64,000 nucleotides of DNA from the NCBI GenBank assembly GCA_964527765.1, contig CAZGQR010000005.1, positions 2,402 to 66,401 of the forward strand, written 5' to 3'. A model generated the notes under the pieces. The model searched no databases, had not been told where the DNA came from, and was given only the letters and a program-made list of their open reading frames with translations. The translations under genes were made by a program, and so were the position numbers. This document shows positions 51,038-60,118 of this stretch, piece after piece (the first letter of the stretch is position 1; every line of letters starts with the position of its first letter). Origin of the DNA: an uncultured Planctomycetia bacterium (GTDB lineage: Bacteria > Omnitrophota > Gorgyraeia > Tantalellales > Tantalellaceae).

Positions 51038-52162
51038 ATGTTGAGATACATGACGGCAGGCGAGTCGCACGGGAAGGGCATAATGGCGATTCTGGACGGC
51101 GTGCCTGCGGGTCTTGCGCTGGATGAGCAGTTCGTTAATAAAGAACTGGCCCGCAGGATGGTGGGATACGGCAGGGGCGGACGGATGAACATCGAAAAGG
51201 ACGAAGTCGATATTATAGCCGGATGCCTTAAAGGAGTGACCATAGGCAGTCCTGTCGGCATGATGATCCGTAACAAGGATTATAATATCGATAAGCTTCC
51301 GGAGGTGAAATGTCCCAGGCCCGGACACGCGGACCTGGCGGGCCTTCAGAAATATGGCATGAAAGACGCCAGGGGGGTCCTTGAAAGAGCAAGCGCGCGC
51401 GAAACAGCGGCCCGTGTGGCTGCAGGCGCTGTGGCAAAACTCATGCTGGGGGAGTTCGGCGTGAGGATATTAAGCCACGTTACCATGATCGGCGGGGTCA
51501 GCGCGCAGACAGAAGGACTTTCATTCGATAAGCTATGGGAGCTTTCCGAGGCCTCCGACCTGAGATGCGCGGATCGGGAAGCGGCAAAGCGCATGCGCGG
51601 GGAAATAGACAAAGCCGCCGAGGCGGGAGACACGCTCGGCGGGTCTTTTGAAGTGGTGGCTGACAATGTCCCTCCGGGGCTCGGCAGTTACGCGCAATGG
51701 GACAGGAGAATGGACGGCGCTCTGGCTCGCGCGGTCATGTCCGTTCCGGCCGTCAAAGCGGTCTCTATCGGCGGCGGCGTGGAATGCGCCGGCAGAAAAG
51801 GATCCGAAACCCATGATGTGATAACGTACGATACGCGCGAAAAAGCCTTTGCCAGACCTTCGAATAATGCCGGGGGGACCGAAGGCGGAGTGACGAACGG
51901 GATGCCGGTAGTCGTAAGGGGTTTCATGAAACCCATTGCCACGCTTGGCACCCCCCTGAAGTCGGTCGATATCGGCACCAAGCGCGAAAGCGCAGCCGCG
52001 AGGGAACGCGCTGACGTTACGGCCGTGCCTGCCTGCGGGGTTGTCGCCGAGACAGCGGTGGCGATCGAGATCGCATCGGCTTTTCTGGAGAAATTCGGCA
52101 GCGATTCCATGGCGGACATACGGCGGGGCTACAAGGCGTACATGGAACGCCTCAGGGGTTAG
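51038..52162 (+). CDS. aroC: chorismate synthase
   Basis: GESHG, GRSSARETAARVAAG-like motif; 374 aa. Confidence 0.9.
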   Translation: MLRYMTAGESHGKGIMAILDGVPAGLALDEQFVNKELARRMVGYGRGGRMNIEKDEVDIIAGCLKGVTIGSPVGMMIRNKDYNIDKLPEVKCPRPGHADLAGLQKYGMKDARGVLERASARETAARVAAGAVAKLMLGEFGVRILSHVTMIGGVSAQTEGLSFDKLWELSEASDLRCADREAAKRMRGEIDKAAEAGDTLGGSFEVVADNVPPGLGSYAQWDRRMDGALARAVMSVPAVKAVSIGGGVECAGRKGSETHDVITYDTREKAFARPSNNAGGTEGGVTNGMPVVVRGFMKPIATLGTPLKSVDIGTKRESAAARERADVTAVPACGVVAETAVAIEIASAFLEKFGSDSMADIRRGYKAYMERLRG

Positions 52163-52165
52163 GGT

Positions 52166-52693
52166 ATGAAGAATATCGTACTTGTAGGGTTCATGGGAAC
52201 GGGAAAAACGGTCGTGGCCAGGAAACTGGCCGATGACATGGGAAAGAAGTATGTCAGCACCGATCAGTTGATAGAGATGCGCGAAAAAAAGGCCATCAGG
52301 GATATATTCCGGGAGGAAGGCGAGCCGTATTTCAGAAAAGTCGAGAAAGAGATCGTAAAGGAGGTAAGTGAAAAAAAGGATCAGGTCGTGGATGCCGGCG
52401 GCGGGATCGTTCTGGACACTGAGAACGTGGAGAACCTGAAAAGAAGCGGAATAATGATCTGTCTCTGGGCGGATCCCCCGGCTATCTACGAGCGGACGAA
52501 AAAACAGCCGGCCAAAAGGCCTCTTCTTAATGTTGATGACCCCCGCAAACGCATCAGGGAGCTGGTGGAGCACCGGCGTTCTTTTTACGAGAAGGCGGAT
52601 CATCACGTTGATACTACGGATCTTGATGTGGCCGGTGTAGTTGAACAAATAAAAAGGATCATAAATGAAAAAGAAAAAAAGTCTGAGCAGTAA
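52166..52693 (+). CDS. aroK: shikimate kinase
   Basis: P-loop GFMGTGKT and a LID region; 175 aa. Confidence 0.85.
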   Translation: MKNIVLVGFMGTGKTVVARKLADDMGKKYVSTDQLIEMREKKAIRDIFREEGEPYFRKVEKEIVKEVSEKKDQVVDAGGGIVLDTENVENLKRSGIMICLWADPPAIYERTKKQPAKRPLLNVDDPRKRIRELVEHRRSFYEKADHHVDTTDLDVAGVVEQIKRIINEKEKKSEQ

Positions 52694-53696
52694 GGGAAAA
52701 ACGGATAAGAGCGTTTTTTTCGGCAGGATATTGTTGAAAAAATTGCTCCGGAACATTGATGCTTCCGTGATGGTAACGGATAGCAGGGGACGCGTGGTCT
52801 TTGTAAATGAAAAATATACCGACTTTTTCCGTATTCCGAAAAAAGATATCATGCAGAAATACTGGATTAAGAAGATCATACCCGAATCCGGACGCCGCGC
52901 GGTTAAAAAGATATTCAACGACATAAAAAATAAGAAGGTTCTTACCCGGTTCGACGCCCCGGTTTCAACGGGACGAAGACCGGAAAAGTGCCTTTGCTGG
53001 ATAGGTGTCCCCTTAAAGGAAAAACGGTCTTATTTCTACATGTTCATGGGCAGAGAGGTAAGGTGCCGCTCGAAAAGCGCGGTTAAGGTTCATGCTTCTA
53101 CCCCGAAGGCGCTGGACAGGTCTTACAGGGAGGTCATTGAGACGCTTTTTACGGCTTCGAAGATCAGCGAGCCCGGCACCGCGGAGCACGCCCTCCGCGT
53201 TATGTCGTTCGCCATTGCCCTGGCCAGGGAACTGAAGATCAGCAAGAGGAGAATAGAAACGCTGAAAATAGCCTGCCTTCTTCATGACCTCGGAAAACTG
53301 GTAGTGGACGAGAACATCCTGTTCAAAAAAGGCAAATTGAACAAGAAGGAATTTGACCAGATCAAAAAACATCCGCATTGGGGATCCGAAGTGATCAGTC
53401 TTGTTTATTTTCTGCGCGATATAATACCTATCATGGCCAACCATCACGAGAATTACGACGGCAGCGGCTATCCCACGGGGGTCAAAGGCGAGGACATACC
53501 GCTGGAAGCGAGAATATTGAGCGTGGCGGATGTTTATGAGGCATTGACCGCGGACCGTCCGTACCGAAAAGGCTTTTCCCCGGAAGAGGCGATCACCATA
53601 ATGGAAGGTGAAAAAGGGCAAAAACTGGATCCGAAGCTTACGGATGTCTTCCTTGATATGGTGAAGAAAGGAAAGTTCAAGGGAGTAAAATATTGA
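52665..53696 (+). CDS. PAS-like sensor fused to HD-GYP phosphodiesterase domain
   Basis: The C-terminus has HD (LLHDLGK), HHENYDGSGYP and a conserved DxYxALTxxRxY-like motif. The N-terminal ~130 aa is PAS-like. Overlaps the aroK 3' end by 29 nt. Confidence 0.7.
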   Translation: MKKKKSLSSKGKTDKSVFFGRILLKKLLRNIDASVMVTDSRGRVVFVNEKYTDFFRIPKKDIMQKYWIKKIIPESGRRAVKKIFNDIKNKKVLTRFDAPVSTGRRPEKCLCWIGVPLKEKRSYFYMFMGREVRCRSKSAVKVHASTPKALDRSYREVIETLFTASKISEPGTAEHALRVMSFAIALARELKISKRRIETLKIACLLHDLGKLVVDENILFKKGKLNKKEFDQIKKHPHWGSEVISLVYFLRDIIPIMANHHENYDGSGYPTGVKGEDIPLEARILSVADVYEALTADRPYRKGFSPEEAITIMEGEKGQKLDPKLTDVFLDMVKKGKFKGVKY

Positions 53697-54814
53697 ACAA
53701 AACATGCCGTGATATCATAGCCCTGAATCTTGTCCGGGGACTTGGCCCGCGAAAGGTCATATCTCTCCTGGAGAAGGTCCGTGATACGGAGGAGATATTC
53801 TGCATGCCGGATTCCCGGCTGGTCGGGATCGCAGGAGGGCGTTCCGATTGGGTCGGTGAGATGAGATCGATCAGGAGTTCCGGAAAATATGCCGAAGAAA
53901 TAGCGTATATCGAACAAGAAGGGATAGACGTTTTATGCTACAGGGACAGGGCTTATCCGGAACCGTTGAGGAATATATATGACCCGCCGCCGGTCCTTTA
54001 TTGCAAGGGAGATCTGAACCGGCGTGATGCAGGTGCAGTGGCTATAGTGGGAGCCAGAAGATGTTCGGCATACGGGCTCCGGATGGCGGAACGGCTTGCG
54101 TTCGATCTTGTTAAGAAAGGAGTAACGGTCATAAGCGGTATGGCCAGGGGTATAGATTCCGCGGCGCACAGAGGCGCCTTAAAAGCCGGGGGACGGACGA
54201 TAGCGGTCATGGGGAGCGGGTTTCGGCATATATATCCGTCAGGGTCCGGGAAGCTTATGCGGACCATATCCGCAAGCGGCGCGGTCCTTACGGAATACCC
54301 ATCCGATACCCGGCCTTCTAAGGGGAGTTTTCCCAGGCGGAACAGGATCATAAGCGGCATGGCCGGGGGAGTCGTGGTCGTGGAAGCCGCCCAAAAAAGC
54401 GGCGCCATGATAACAGTGGATCTGGCGCTTCAGCAGGGCAAGGAAGTATTCGCGGTCCCCGGGCGTATTGATTTTCATACATCGAGCGGGACCAACCTGC
54501 TCATACAGAACGGCGCAAAATTGGTGACAAACGCGGATGATATACTCGAGGAACTTGATCTGTGGAGGCACGGCAGGCCCGCTGGCGGAGAACAGGAAGG
54601 GAGGAACGCCGGGGCGTGCGAGCTGGACGAGACCGACCGCGTGGTCTTGAGAACGCTGGAGAAGATGCCCCCGGTCCATGTTGACGAGATTTCCGAGAGG
54701 ACGGGAATAGATCCGAAGGTATTGCCGGAAGCCCTGCTCAGGCTGGAGGTCAAAGGCCTGGTAAAGGCGCTGGCAGGCAGAAATTATGCGCTCGGTCGGT
54801 GCGCGCGCAATTAG
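53693..54814 (+). CDS. dprA: DNA processing protein DprA (Smf)
   Basis: Rossmann-like DprA core (IVGARRCSAYG, SGMARGIDSAAH) and a C-terminal winged helix. Confidence 0.8.
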   Translation: MNKTCRDIIALNLVRGLGPRKVISLLEKVRDTEEIFCMPDSRLVGIAGGRSDWVGEMRSIRSSGKYAEEIAYIEQEGIDVLCYRDRAYPEPLRNIYDPPPVLYCKGDLNRRDAGAVAIVGARRCSAYGLRMAERLAFDLVKKGVTVISGMARGIDSAAHRGALKAGGRTIAVMGSGFRHIYPSGSGKLMRTISASGAVLTEYPSDTRPSKGSFPRRNRIISGMAGGVVVVEAAQKSGAMITVDLALQQGKEVFAVPGRIDFHTSSGTNLLIQNGAKLVTNADDILEELDLWRHGRPAGGEQEGRNAGACELDETDRVVLRTLEKMPPVHVDEISERTGIDPKVLPEALLRLEVKGLVKALAGRNYALGRCARN

Positions 54815-54840
54815 ATATAAGTCAGGAAGGAGCAAGTTTT

Positions 54841-56907
54841 ATGCCGGCTAGGAAAAAGAAAACTTCAAAAAGCGGTTCCGCGGGAACGAAGTTTCTGGTG
54901 ATCGTCGAGTCACCGGCGAAATCAAAGACCATAAACAAGATCATGGGAAAAGATTATGAGGTTCTTCCCAGCATGGGGCATATTGTCGACCTGCCCGAAG
55001 ATAAAATGGGCATCGATATCGAGAACGGTTTTAAGCCTGAATACACCGTCATGAAAGGACGTAAAAAATATCTGACCAACTTGAAAAAAGCAGCAAAAGA
55101 CGCGGAAGCGATATATCTGGCGGCTGACCCCGACAGGGAAGGAGAAGCCATATGCTGGCACATCAAAAACCAGCTTGCGAAGGGCAAGGATAATATATAC
55201 AGGGTGAGTTTTGAAGAGATCACCGGTAAGGCGGTAAAAGACGCTTTTGAACATCCCCGCTCGCTGGATATGAACAAAGTGAACGCCCAGCAGGCAAGAA
55301 GGATCATGGACAGGATAGTGGGCTATTCCCTGAGCCCGCTTTTATGGAAGAAGATCACACGGGGATTGAGCGCCGGCCGGGTGCAGTCCGTAGCGGTCAA
55401 GCTGATAATCGAAAGAGAAGAGGACATAAGGAAGTTCAGATCACAGGAATACTGGAGCGTGGATGCCGTCCTCAGGAAAAAGGGCGGTGCCTCCGGGAAA
55501 AAAGCGGATACCTTCAGGGCCAAACTGCTGAAACATAAGGGGGAAAAGGTCCATATTCCGGATAAAAGGAGCGCCGAAGGAATAGTTTCCGACCTAAAGA
55601 AAGAAGAATTTGTCGTCGGCGACATCAGCCGGAAAGAGAAAAAGAGCTACCCGCGTTCGCCTTACACCACTTCAGTCCTGCAGCAGGATGCGTTCAATAA
55701 GCTGAATTTCTCCGCCAGTAAGACAATGAGGATAGCACAGGGACTTTATGAAGGCGTTGAGCTCGGCGAGGAAGGAAGTGTGGGGTTGATCACTTACATG
55801 CGCACGGATTCGGTCCGGATATCGAACGATTCCCTGAAGGAAGTGCGTCAGTATATTCTGGATAAGTACGGGGAGAAATACTGTCCGCCGTCACCGCCGA
55901 AGTACAAGTCCGGGAAGAGGGCCCAGGAAGCCCATGAGGCGATCCGCCCGACGCTTCCTCTGCGGCCTCCGGAGGACGTGACTTCTTATCTTTCTTCCGA
56001 CGAACTCAAGCTGTACAAGCTGATATGGAAGAGATTCGTTTCCAGCCAGATGCAGAGCGCGCTTTTCTCCGTCCTGACGGTGAATATCAATGCCGGTCCT
56101 TACAGGTTCCGGGCGGGCGGCGGCCAGCTTGTTTTTGACGGGTTTTTGCGTCTTTACAGAGAGGACAGCACGCGTGAAGAGGAAATAAGCGAAATGCCGC
56201 CCCTTGAGAAAGGAGAGGCCCTTGATACCCTGGAAATAATCCCCGAGCAGCACTTTACCAAGCCGCCACCGCGTTATTCGGACGCGTCCCTGGTCAAGGT
56301 CCTTGAAGAGAAGGGCATAGGAAGGCCGTCGACCTATGCGCCTATCATTCGAACGATCATAAGCCGGAATTATATCAAAAGGGTGAGCAGGAATCTGCAT
56401 CCCACGGAACTCGGGGAGCTGGTAAACAAGCTTCTTATCGAGAATTTCCCCAATATAATCAACGACGAGTTCACTGCGAAAATGGAAAACGAACTGGACG
56501 GGGTCGAGGACGGAAAAATAAAATGGGTCACCGTTATCAAGGATTTCTATACTCCTTTTTCAAAGAAACTTGAAGAGGCCAGGGAACGGATGAGCAGCGT
56601 TAAGCGCCAGGTCATAGAAACGGATCAGGTATGCGAAAAATGCGGAAGGCCCATGGTCATTAAATGGGGCCGCCGCGGACGTTTCCTGAGCTGTTCCGGG
56701 TTCCCCGCCTGCAAGAACGCCAAGTCCATAACGACCGGGATAAAGTGTCCGATGGAGGGATGTGACGGGGAGCTTGTCGAACGTAAATCTGCCAGGGGGA
56801 TGTTTTACGGGTGCACCAATTATCCCAAATGCACCTATGTGACGAAAAAACTTCCGCAGGAAACCGGGGACTCCGGGGGTAAAGAGGGCCAGGTAGAAGA
56901 GGAATGA
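54841..56907 (+). CDS. topA: DNA topoisomerase I
   Basis: Toprim (LVIVESPAKSKTI), catalytic Tyr region (GLITYMRTDS), C-terminal Zn ribbons (CEKCGRP, CPMEGCDG). ATG 54841 chosen; the track GTG 54799 overlaps dprA. Confidence 0.9.
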   Translation: MPARKKKTSKSGSAGTKFLVIVESPAKSKTINKIMGKDYEVLPSMGHIVDLPEDKMGIDIENGFKPEYTVMKGRKKYLTNLKKAAKDAEAIYLAADPDREGEAICWHIKNQLAKGKDNIYRVSFEEITGKAVKDAFEHPRSLDMNKVNAQQARRIMDRIVGYSLSPLLWKKITRGLSAGRVQSVAVKLIIEREEDIRKFRSQEYWSVDAVLRKKGGASGKKADTFRAKLLKHKGEKVHIPDKRSAEGIVSDLKKEEFVVGDISRKEKKSYPRSPYTTSVLQQDAFNKLNFSASKTMRIAQGLYEGVELGEEGSVGLITYMRTDSVRISNDSLKEVRQYILDKYGEKYCPPSPPKYKSGKRAQEAHEAIRPTLPLRPPEDVTSYLSSDELKLYKLIWKRFVSSQMQSALFSVLTVNINAGPYRFRAGGGQLVFDGFLRLYREDSTREEEISEMPPLEKGEALDTLEIIPEQHFTKPPPRYSDASLVKVLEEKGIGRPSTYAPIIRTIISRNYIKRVSRNLHPTELGELVNKLLIENFPNIINDEFTAKMENELDGVEDGKIKWVTVIKDFYTPFSKKLEEARERMSSVKRQVIETDQVCEKCGRPMVIKWGRRGRFLSCSGFPACKNAKSITTGIKCPMEGCDGELVERKSARGMFYGCTNYPKCTYVTKKLPQETGDSGGKEGQVEEE

Positions 56908-57782
56908 TGATGGAACGGTTCATAGAAAAATTTTCCAAATATCTGACCGTCGAGAAAAATTACTCGGAACATACCTTGCGCAGCTACAGGTCCGACCTCA
57001 AAGAGCTGGCGGACTTTCTGAAGAACAAGGACCCCAAGAACATAAATCATCTTGACCTGAGACGTTTCCTGGCGGAGCTCAGGAGGAAAACTCGCTCCAA
57101 GCGCACGATCGTCAGGAAGCTCGGCGCGATACGGTCCTTTTTCCGCTTTCTTTCCAGGGAAAAGCACATAAAGACCAATCCCGCGGACAGCGTGTTTACT
57201 CCAAAGATGGACAAGAAACTCCCGGAATTCCTCGATCTGGAAAACACGCTGAAACTGGTCACGGCTCCGCCGCTGGACAATATCCTGGGGCTCCGGGACA
57301 GAGCGCTTCTTGAGGTTTTGTATTCCACGGGGATACGCGTTAGCGAGCTGGTAGGCCTGAACGAGGAAAATGTGGACCTGATAGGCGGAATGGTCAAGGT
57401 CAGGGGAAAAGGCAAAAAGGAAAGGATAGCTCTCCTGGGCAGCGAGGGCCAGCGAGCGATCCGGAATTATGTGAAGGAAAAACATTCAAGGATCCCCGGC
57501 GTGTCCGGAGCGCTTTTTATCAACAAACGCGGAACGCGGCTTTCCGACAGAAGCGTCAGGAGGATCATAGGTAAATATGTCAGACAGTGCAGTATAGAAC
57601 AGAAGATATCCCCCCATTCAATCCGGCATTCTTTCGCGACGCATTTGCTTGATAACGGGGCCGACCTGAGAAGCGTACAGGAACTGCTGGGTCATAAGAA
57701 TCTATCGACGACGCAAATTTATACGCATCTTGGTTCGCAGCGTATCAGGGAAATATATTCCAAGGCGCATCCCCGTGCATGA
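56904..57782 (+). CDS. xerC: tyrosine recombinase XerC/XerD
   Basis: N-terminal SAM-like core-binding domain and a catalytic R..HxxR..Y block (HSIRHSFATHLL, TQIYTHL). Confidence 0.8.
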   Translation: MMMERFIEKFSKYLTVEKNYSEHTLRSYRSDLKELADFLKNKDPKNINHLDLRRFLAELRRKTRSKRTIVRKLGAIRSFFRFLSREKHIKTNPADSVFTPKMDKKLPEFLDLENTLKLVTAPPLDNILGLRDRALLEVLYSTGIRVSELVGLNEENVDLIGGMVKVRGKGKKERIALLGSEGQRAIRNYVKEKHSRIPGVSGALFINKRGTRLSDRSVRRIIGKYVRQCSIEQKISPHSIRHSFATHLLDNGADLRSVQELLGHKNLSTTQIYTHLGSQRIREIYSKAHPRA

Positions 57783-57803
57783 TCTATTAGGACAGGGTTT
57801 GAT

Positions 57804-59072
57804 ATGAGGTTATTATACGATTTATTCTTTTTGGTCTTCAGTGTCCTGTATTTTCCGTATCTCCTGGTGAAAGGCAAGGCGCACAGGGACTTTTTGCAGA
57901 AATTCGGGTTTTTACCGAAGAGCGTGACATCTCTTACCGGTTCCGTGTGGATACACGCCGTGAGCGTCGGGGAGGCCGTACTGGCGGCAAAATTATCCGC
58001 CGGGCTCAAGAAACGGTTCCCGGACGTTCCGGTCATTGTTTCAACGACCACGCAGACAGGCAATGATATGATACACAAATCCGGGAAAGGCATCCTTGAC
58101 GCCGTTTTCTATTATCCGCTGGATATGAGCCATATCGTCTCCCGTGTCGTGAAGCTTTTGAGACCGCGCTTGTATGTGATGATAGAAACAGAATTGTGGC
58201 CGAACCTTCTGGAGGAGCTTCATTCCAGAAGTGTCCCGGTCGTGCTTGTGAACGGAAGGATATCGGATGCCTCTTTTACCAATTACAGAAAGATAGGGTT
58301 TGTTACCAGGCGTATTCTCGGGTGCATCGGGTGCTTTTGCATGCAGTCGGAGAGAGATGCGGTAAAGATAAAGCGGCTGGGCGCCCCGGCCGAGAAGGTA
58401 TTCGTTACGGGGAACATGAAATTTGACGAGGGTGAAACCCCTGCCGGGACTTCGGGTCTCAGCAGGGAATACCTGGGGTTCGGCAAGGACGATAAGATCA
58501 TTGTGGCAGGAAGCACCCATTTTCCCGAGGAGAGGTCGATAATCGACGTTTATAAAAATTTAAAGAGAGAACAGGGCGATCTGAGGCTTATCCTGGCTCC
58601 CAGGCATGTGGAAAGGGTGGACGCCGTAAGGACGTATGTTGAAAGATCCGGACTGAGCTATAACTATTTTTCAGACATTCTCGGGAAGGATAAGGCGCCT
58701 CCCGCCGGGTGCGACATCCTTCTGGTGGATACCATAGGGCATCTCAAGGATCTTTACGGCATCGCGACCGTGGTCTTTATAGGAGGGAGCCTCGTCAGGA
58801 AGGGAGGCCAGAACCCCATAGAGGCGGCGCGGTGGGGGAAGGCCGTTGTTTTCGGGCCGCACATGTCCAATTTCCGGGAAGTGGCCGATGTATTTCTGGA
58901 GAATGAAGCGGCGGTGCGCGTAAAGGATGTCCCCCAGTTTGAAAGGGAATTGAAGAAGCTTCTGAGCGATCCGGGCAGAAAGGACCGAATGGCCAGAAGC
59001 GCCCGGGAAGTCATAGAACGGAACTCGGGCGCTATCGGCAGAACGGTGGAAAAGATAGAGCAATATATATGA
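57804..59072 (+). CDS. waaA: 3-deoxy-D-manno-octulosonic acid (Kdo) transferase
   Basis: N-terminal membrane anchor, VWIHAVSVGE motif, GT-B fold of the Kdo transferase family. Confidence 0.85.
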   Translation: MRLLYDLFFLVFSVLYFPYLLVKGKAHRDFLQKFGFLPKSVTSLTGSVWIHAVSVGEAVLAAKLSAGLKKRFPDVPVIVSTTTQTGNDMIHKSGKGILDAVFYYPLDMSHIVSRVVKLLRPRLYVMIETELWPNLLEELHSRSVPVVLVNGRISDASFTNYRKIGFVTRRILGCIGCFCMQSERDAVKIKRLGAPAEKVFVTGNMKFDEGETPAGTSGLSREYLGFGKDDKIIVAGSTHFPEERSIIDVYKNLKREQGDLRLILAPRHVERVDAVRTYVERSGLSYNYFSDILGKDKAPPAGCDILLVDTIGHLKDLYGIATVVFIGGSLVRKGGQNPIEAARWGKAVVFGPHMSNFREVADVFLENEAAVRVKDVPQFERELKKLLSDPGRKDRMARSAREVIERNSGAIGRTVEKIEQYI

Positions 59073-60118
59073 TGTCATTCAGACAGTACATACTTTCGCT
59101 TATGAAGGATGAGCGCAACGGTTTTGCGGACGTTATCGTGAAAGGCGTTCTTCGCTTCCTGTCCTGGATATACGCGGCGGCGATAAGGACCGTGGACTGG
59201 GGATACCGGTCGGGGCTCAGGAAGAGATACAAGGCGCCCGTGCCCGTTATCAGCGTCGGCAATGTAACCCTGGGAGGGACCGGGAAAACGCCCTTTACGA
59301 TATTCCTGGCGGACCATTTTTTAAGCGCCGGCAGGCATCCTGCGGTGCTCATAAGGGGATACGGTGAGGATGAAAGCAGGATGCTCAGGGACGAGTTGCC
59401 GGATGTCCCCGTTTTTGCCGGACAGGACAGGGTAAAAAGCGCCGCTTGCGCCGCGGAAAACGGAAGAGATGTCCTTATTCTTGATGACGGGTTCCAGCAC
59501 AGGCGGATAAGCAGGAACCTTGACATACTGCTCGTGGACAGTGTTTCGCTTTTCGGCAACGGCTCCCTGGTGCCGCGCGGGGTATTGAGAGAGCCGTTCT
59601 CGTCCTTGAAAAGAGCGGATATTTTCGTGCTGACAAAAGCCGACAGGATCGACGAGAAGTGCAAAAAAGATATTATCCGGAAACTAAGGGAAACCGCCGG
59701 CGAAAAGCCCATTGTCGTGGCCCGGCACAGCCCTTCTTTTCTGACGGATGTCACGGGAGGGGCGTATTCGGCGGACAGCCTTCGCGGGAAAAAGGTCGTT
59801 CTTGTCAGCGGCATAGTGGATCCGGATTATTTCGCTCTTCTGGTCGAGAAAAAAGGCGCGACGATCGTGTCACGGCGCGATTATCCCGACCACCATCGTT
59901 ACGCGCGCAAGGACATAAGCAGTATTTCACGCGAATGCGCTGAAAAAAAAGCCGAAGCGATAATCACCACCGGTAAGGATTATGTGAAGATCAAGGAACT
60001 GGACATTTCAGTCATAGAGGACAGATTATTTGTCCTGAACATCGTGATGGATATCGTGGAAGGAAAGGAGCGTCTCATTGCTGGACTTGATAGCGTCGCT
60101 GTTCGTCAGGGCAGTTAA
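59069..60118 (+). CDS. lpxK: tetraacyldisaccharide 4'-kinase
   Basis: P-loop [16 protein letters not shown] overlap with waaA. Confidence 0.85.
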   Translation: MMSFRQYILSLMKDERNGFADVIVKGVLRFLSWIYAAAIRTVDWGYRSGLRKRYKAPVPVISVGNVTLGGTGKTPFTIFLADHFLSAGRHPAVLIRGYGEDESRMLRDELPDVPVFAGQDRVKSAACAAENGRDVLILDDGFQHRRISRNLDILLVDSVSLFGNGSLVPRGVLREPFSSLKRADIFVLTKADRIDEKCKKDIIRKLRETAGEKPIVVARHSPSFLTDVTGGAYSADSLRGKKVVLVSGIVDPDYFALLVEKKGATIVSRRDYPDHHRYARKDISSISRECAEKKAEAIITTGKDYVKIKELDISVIEDRLFVLNIVMDIVEGKERLIAGLDSVAVRQGS

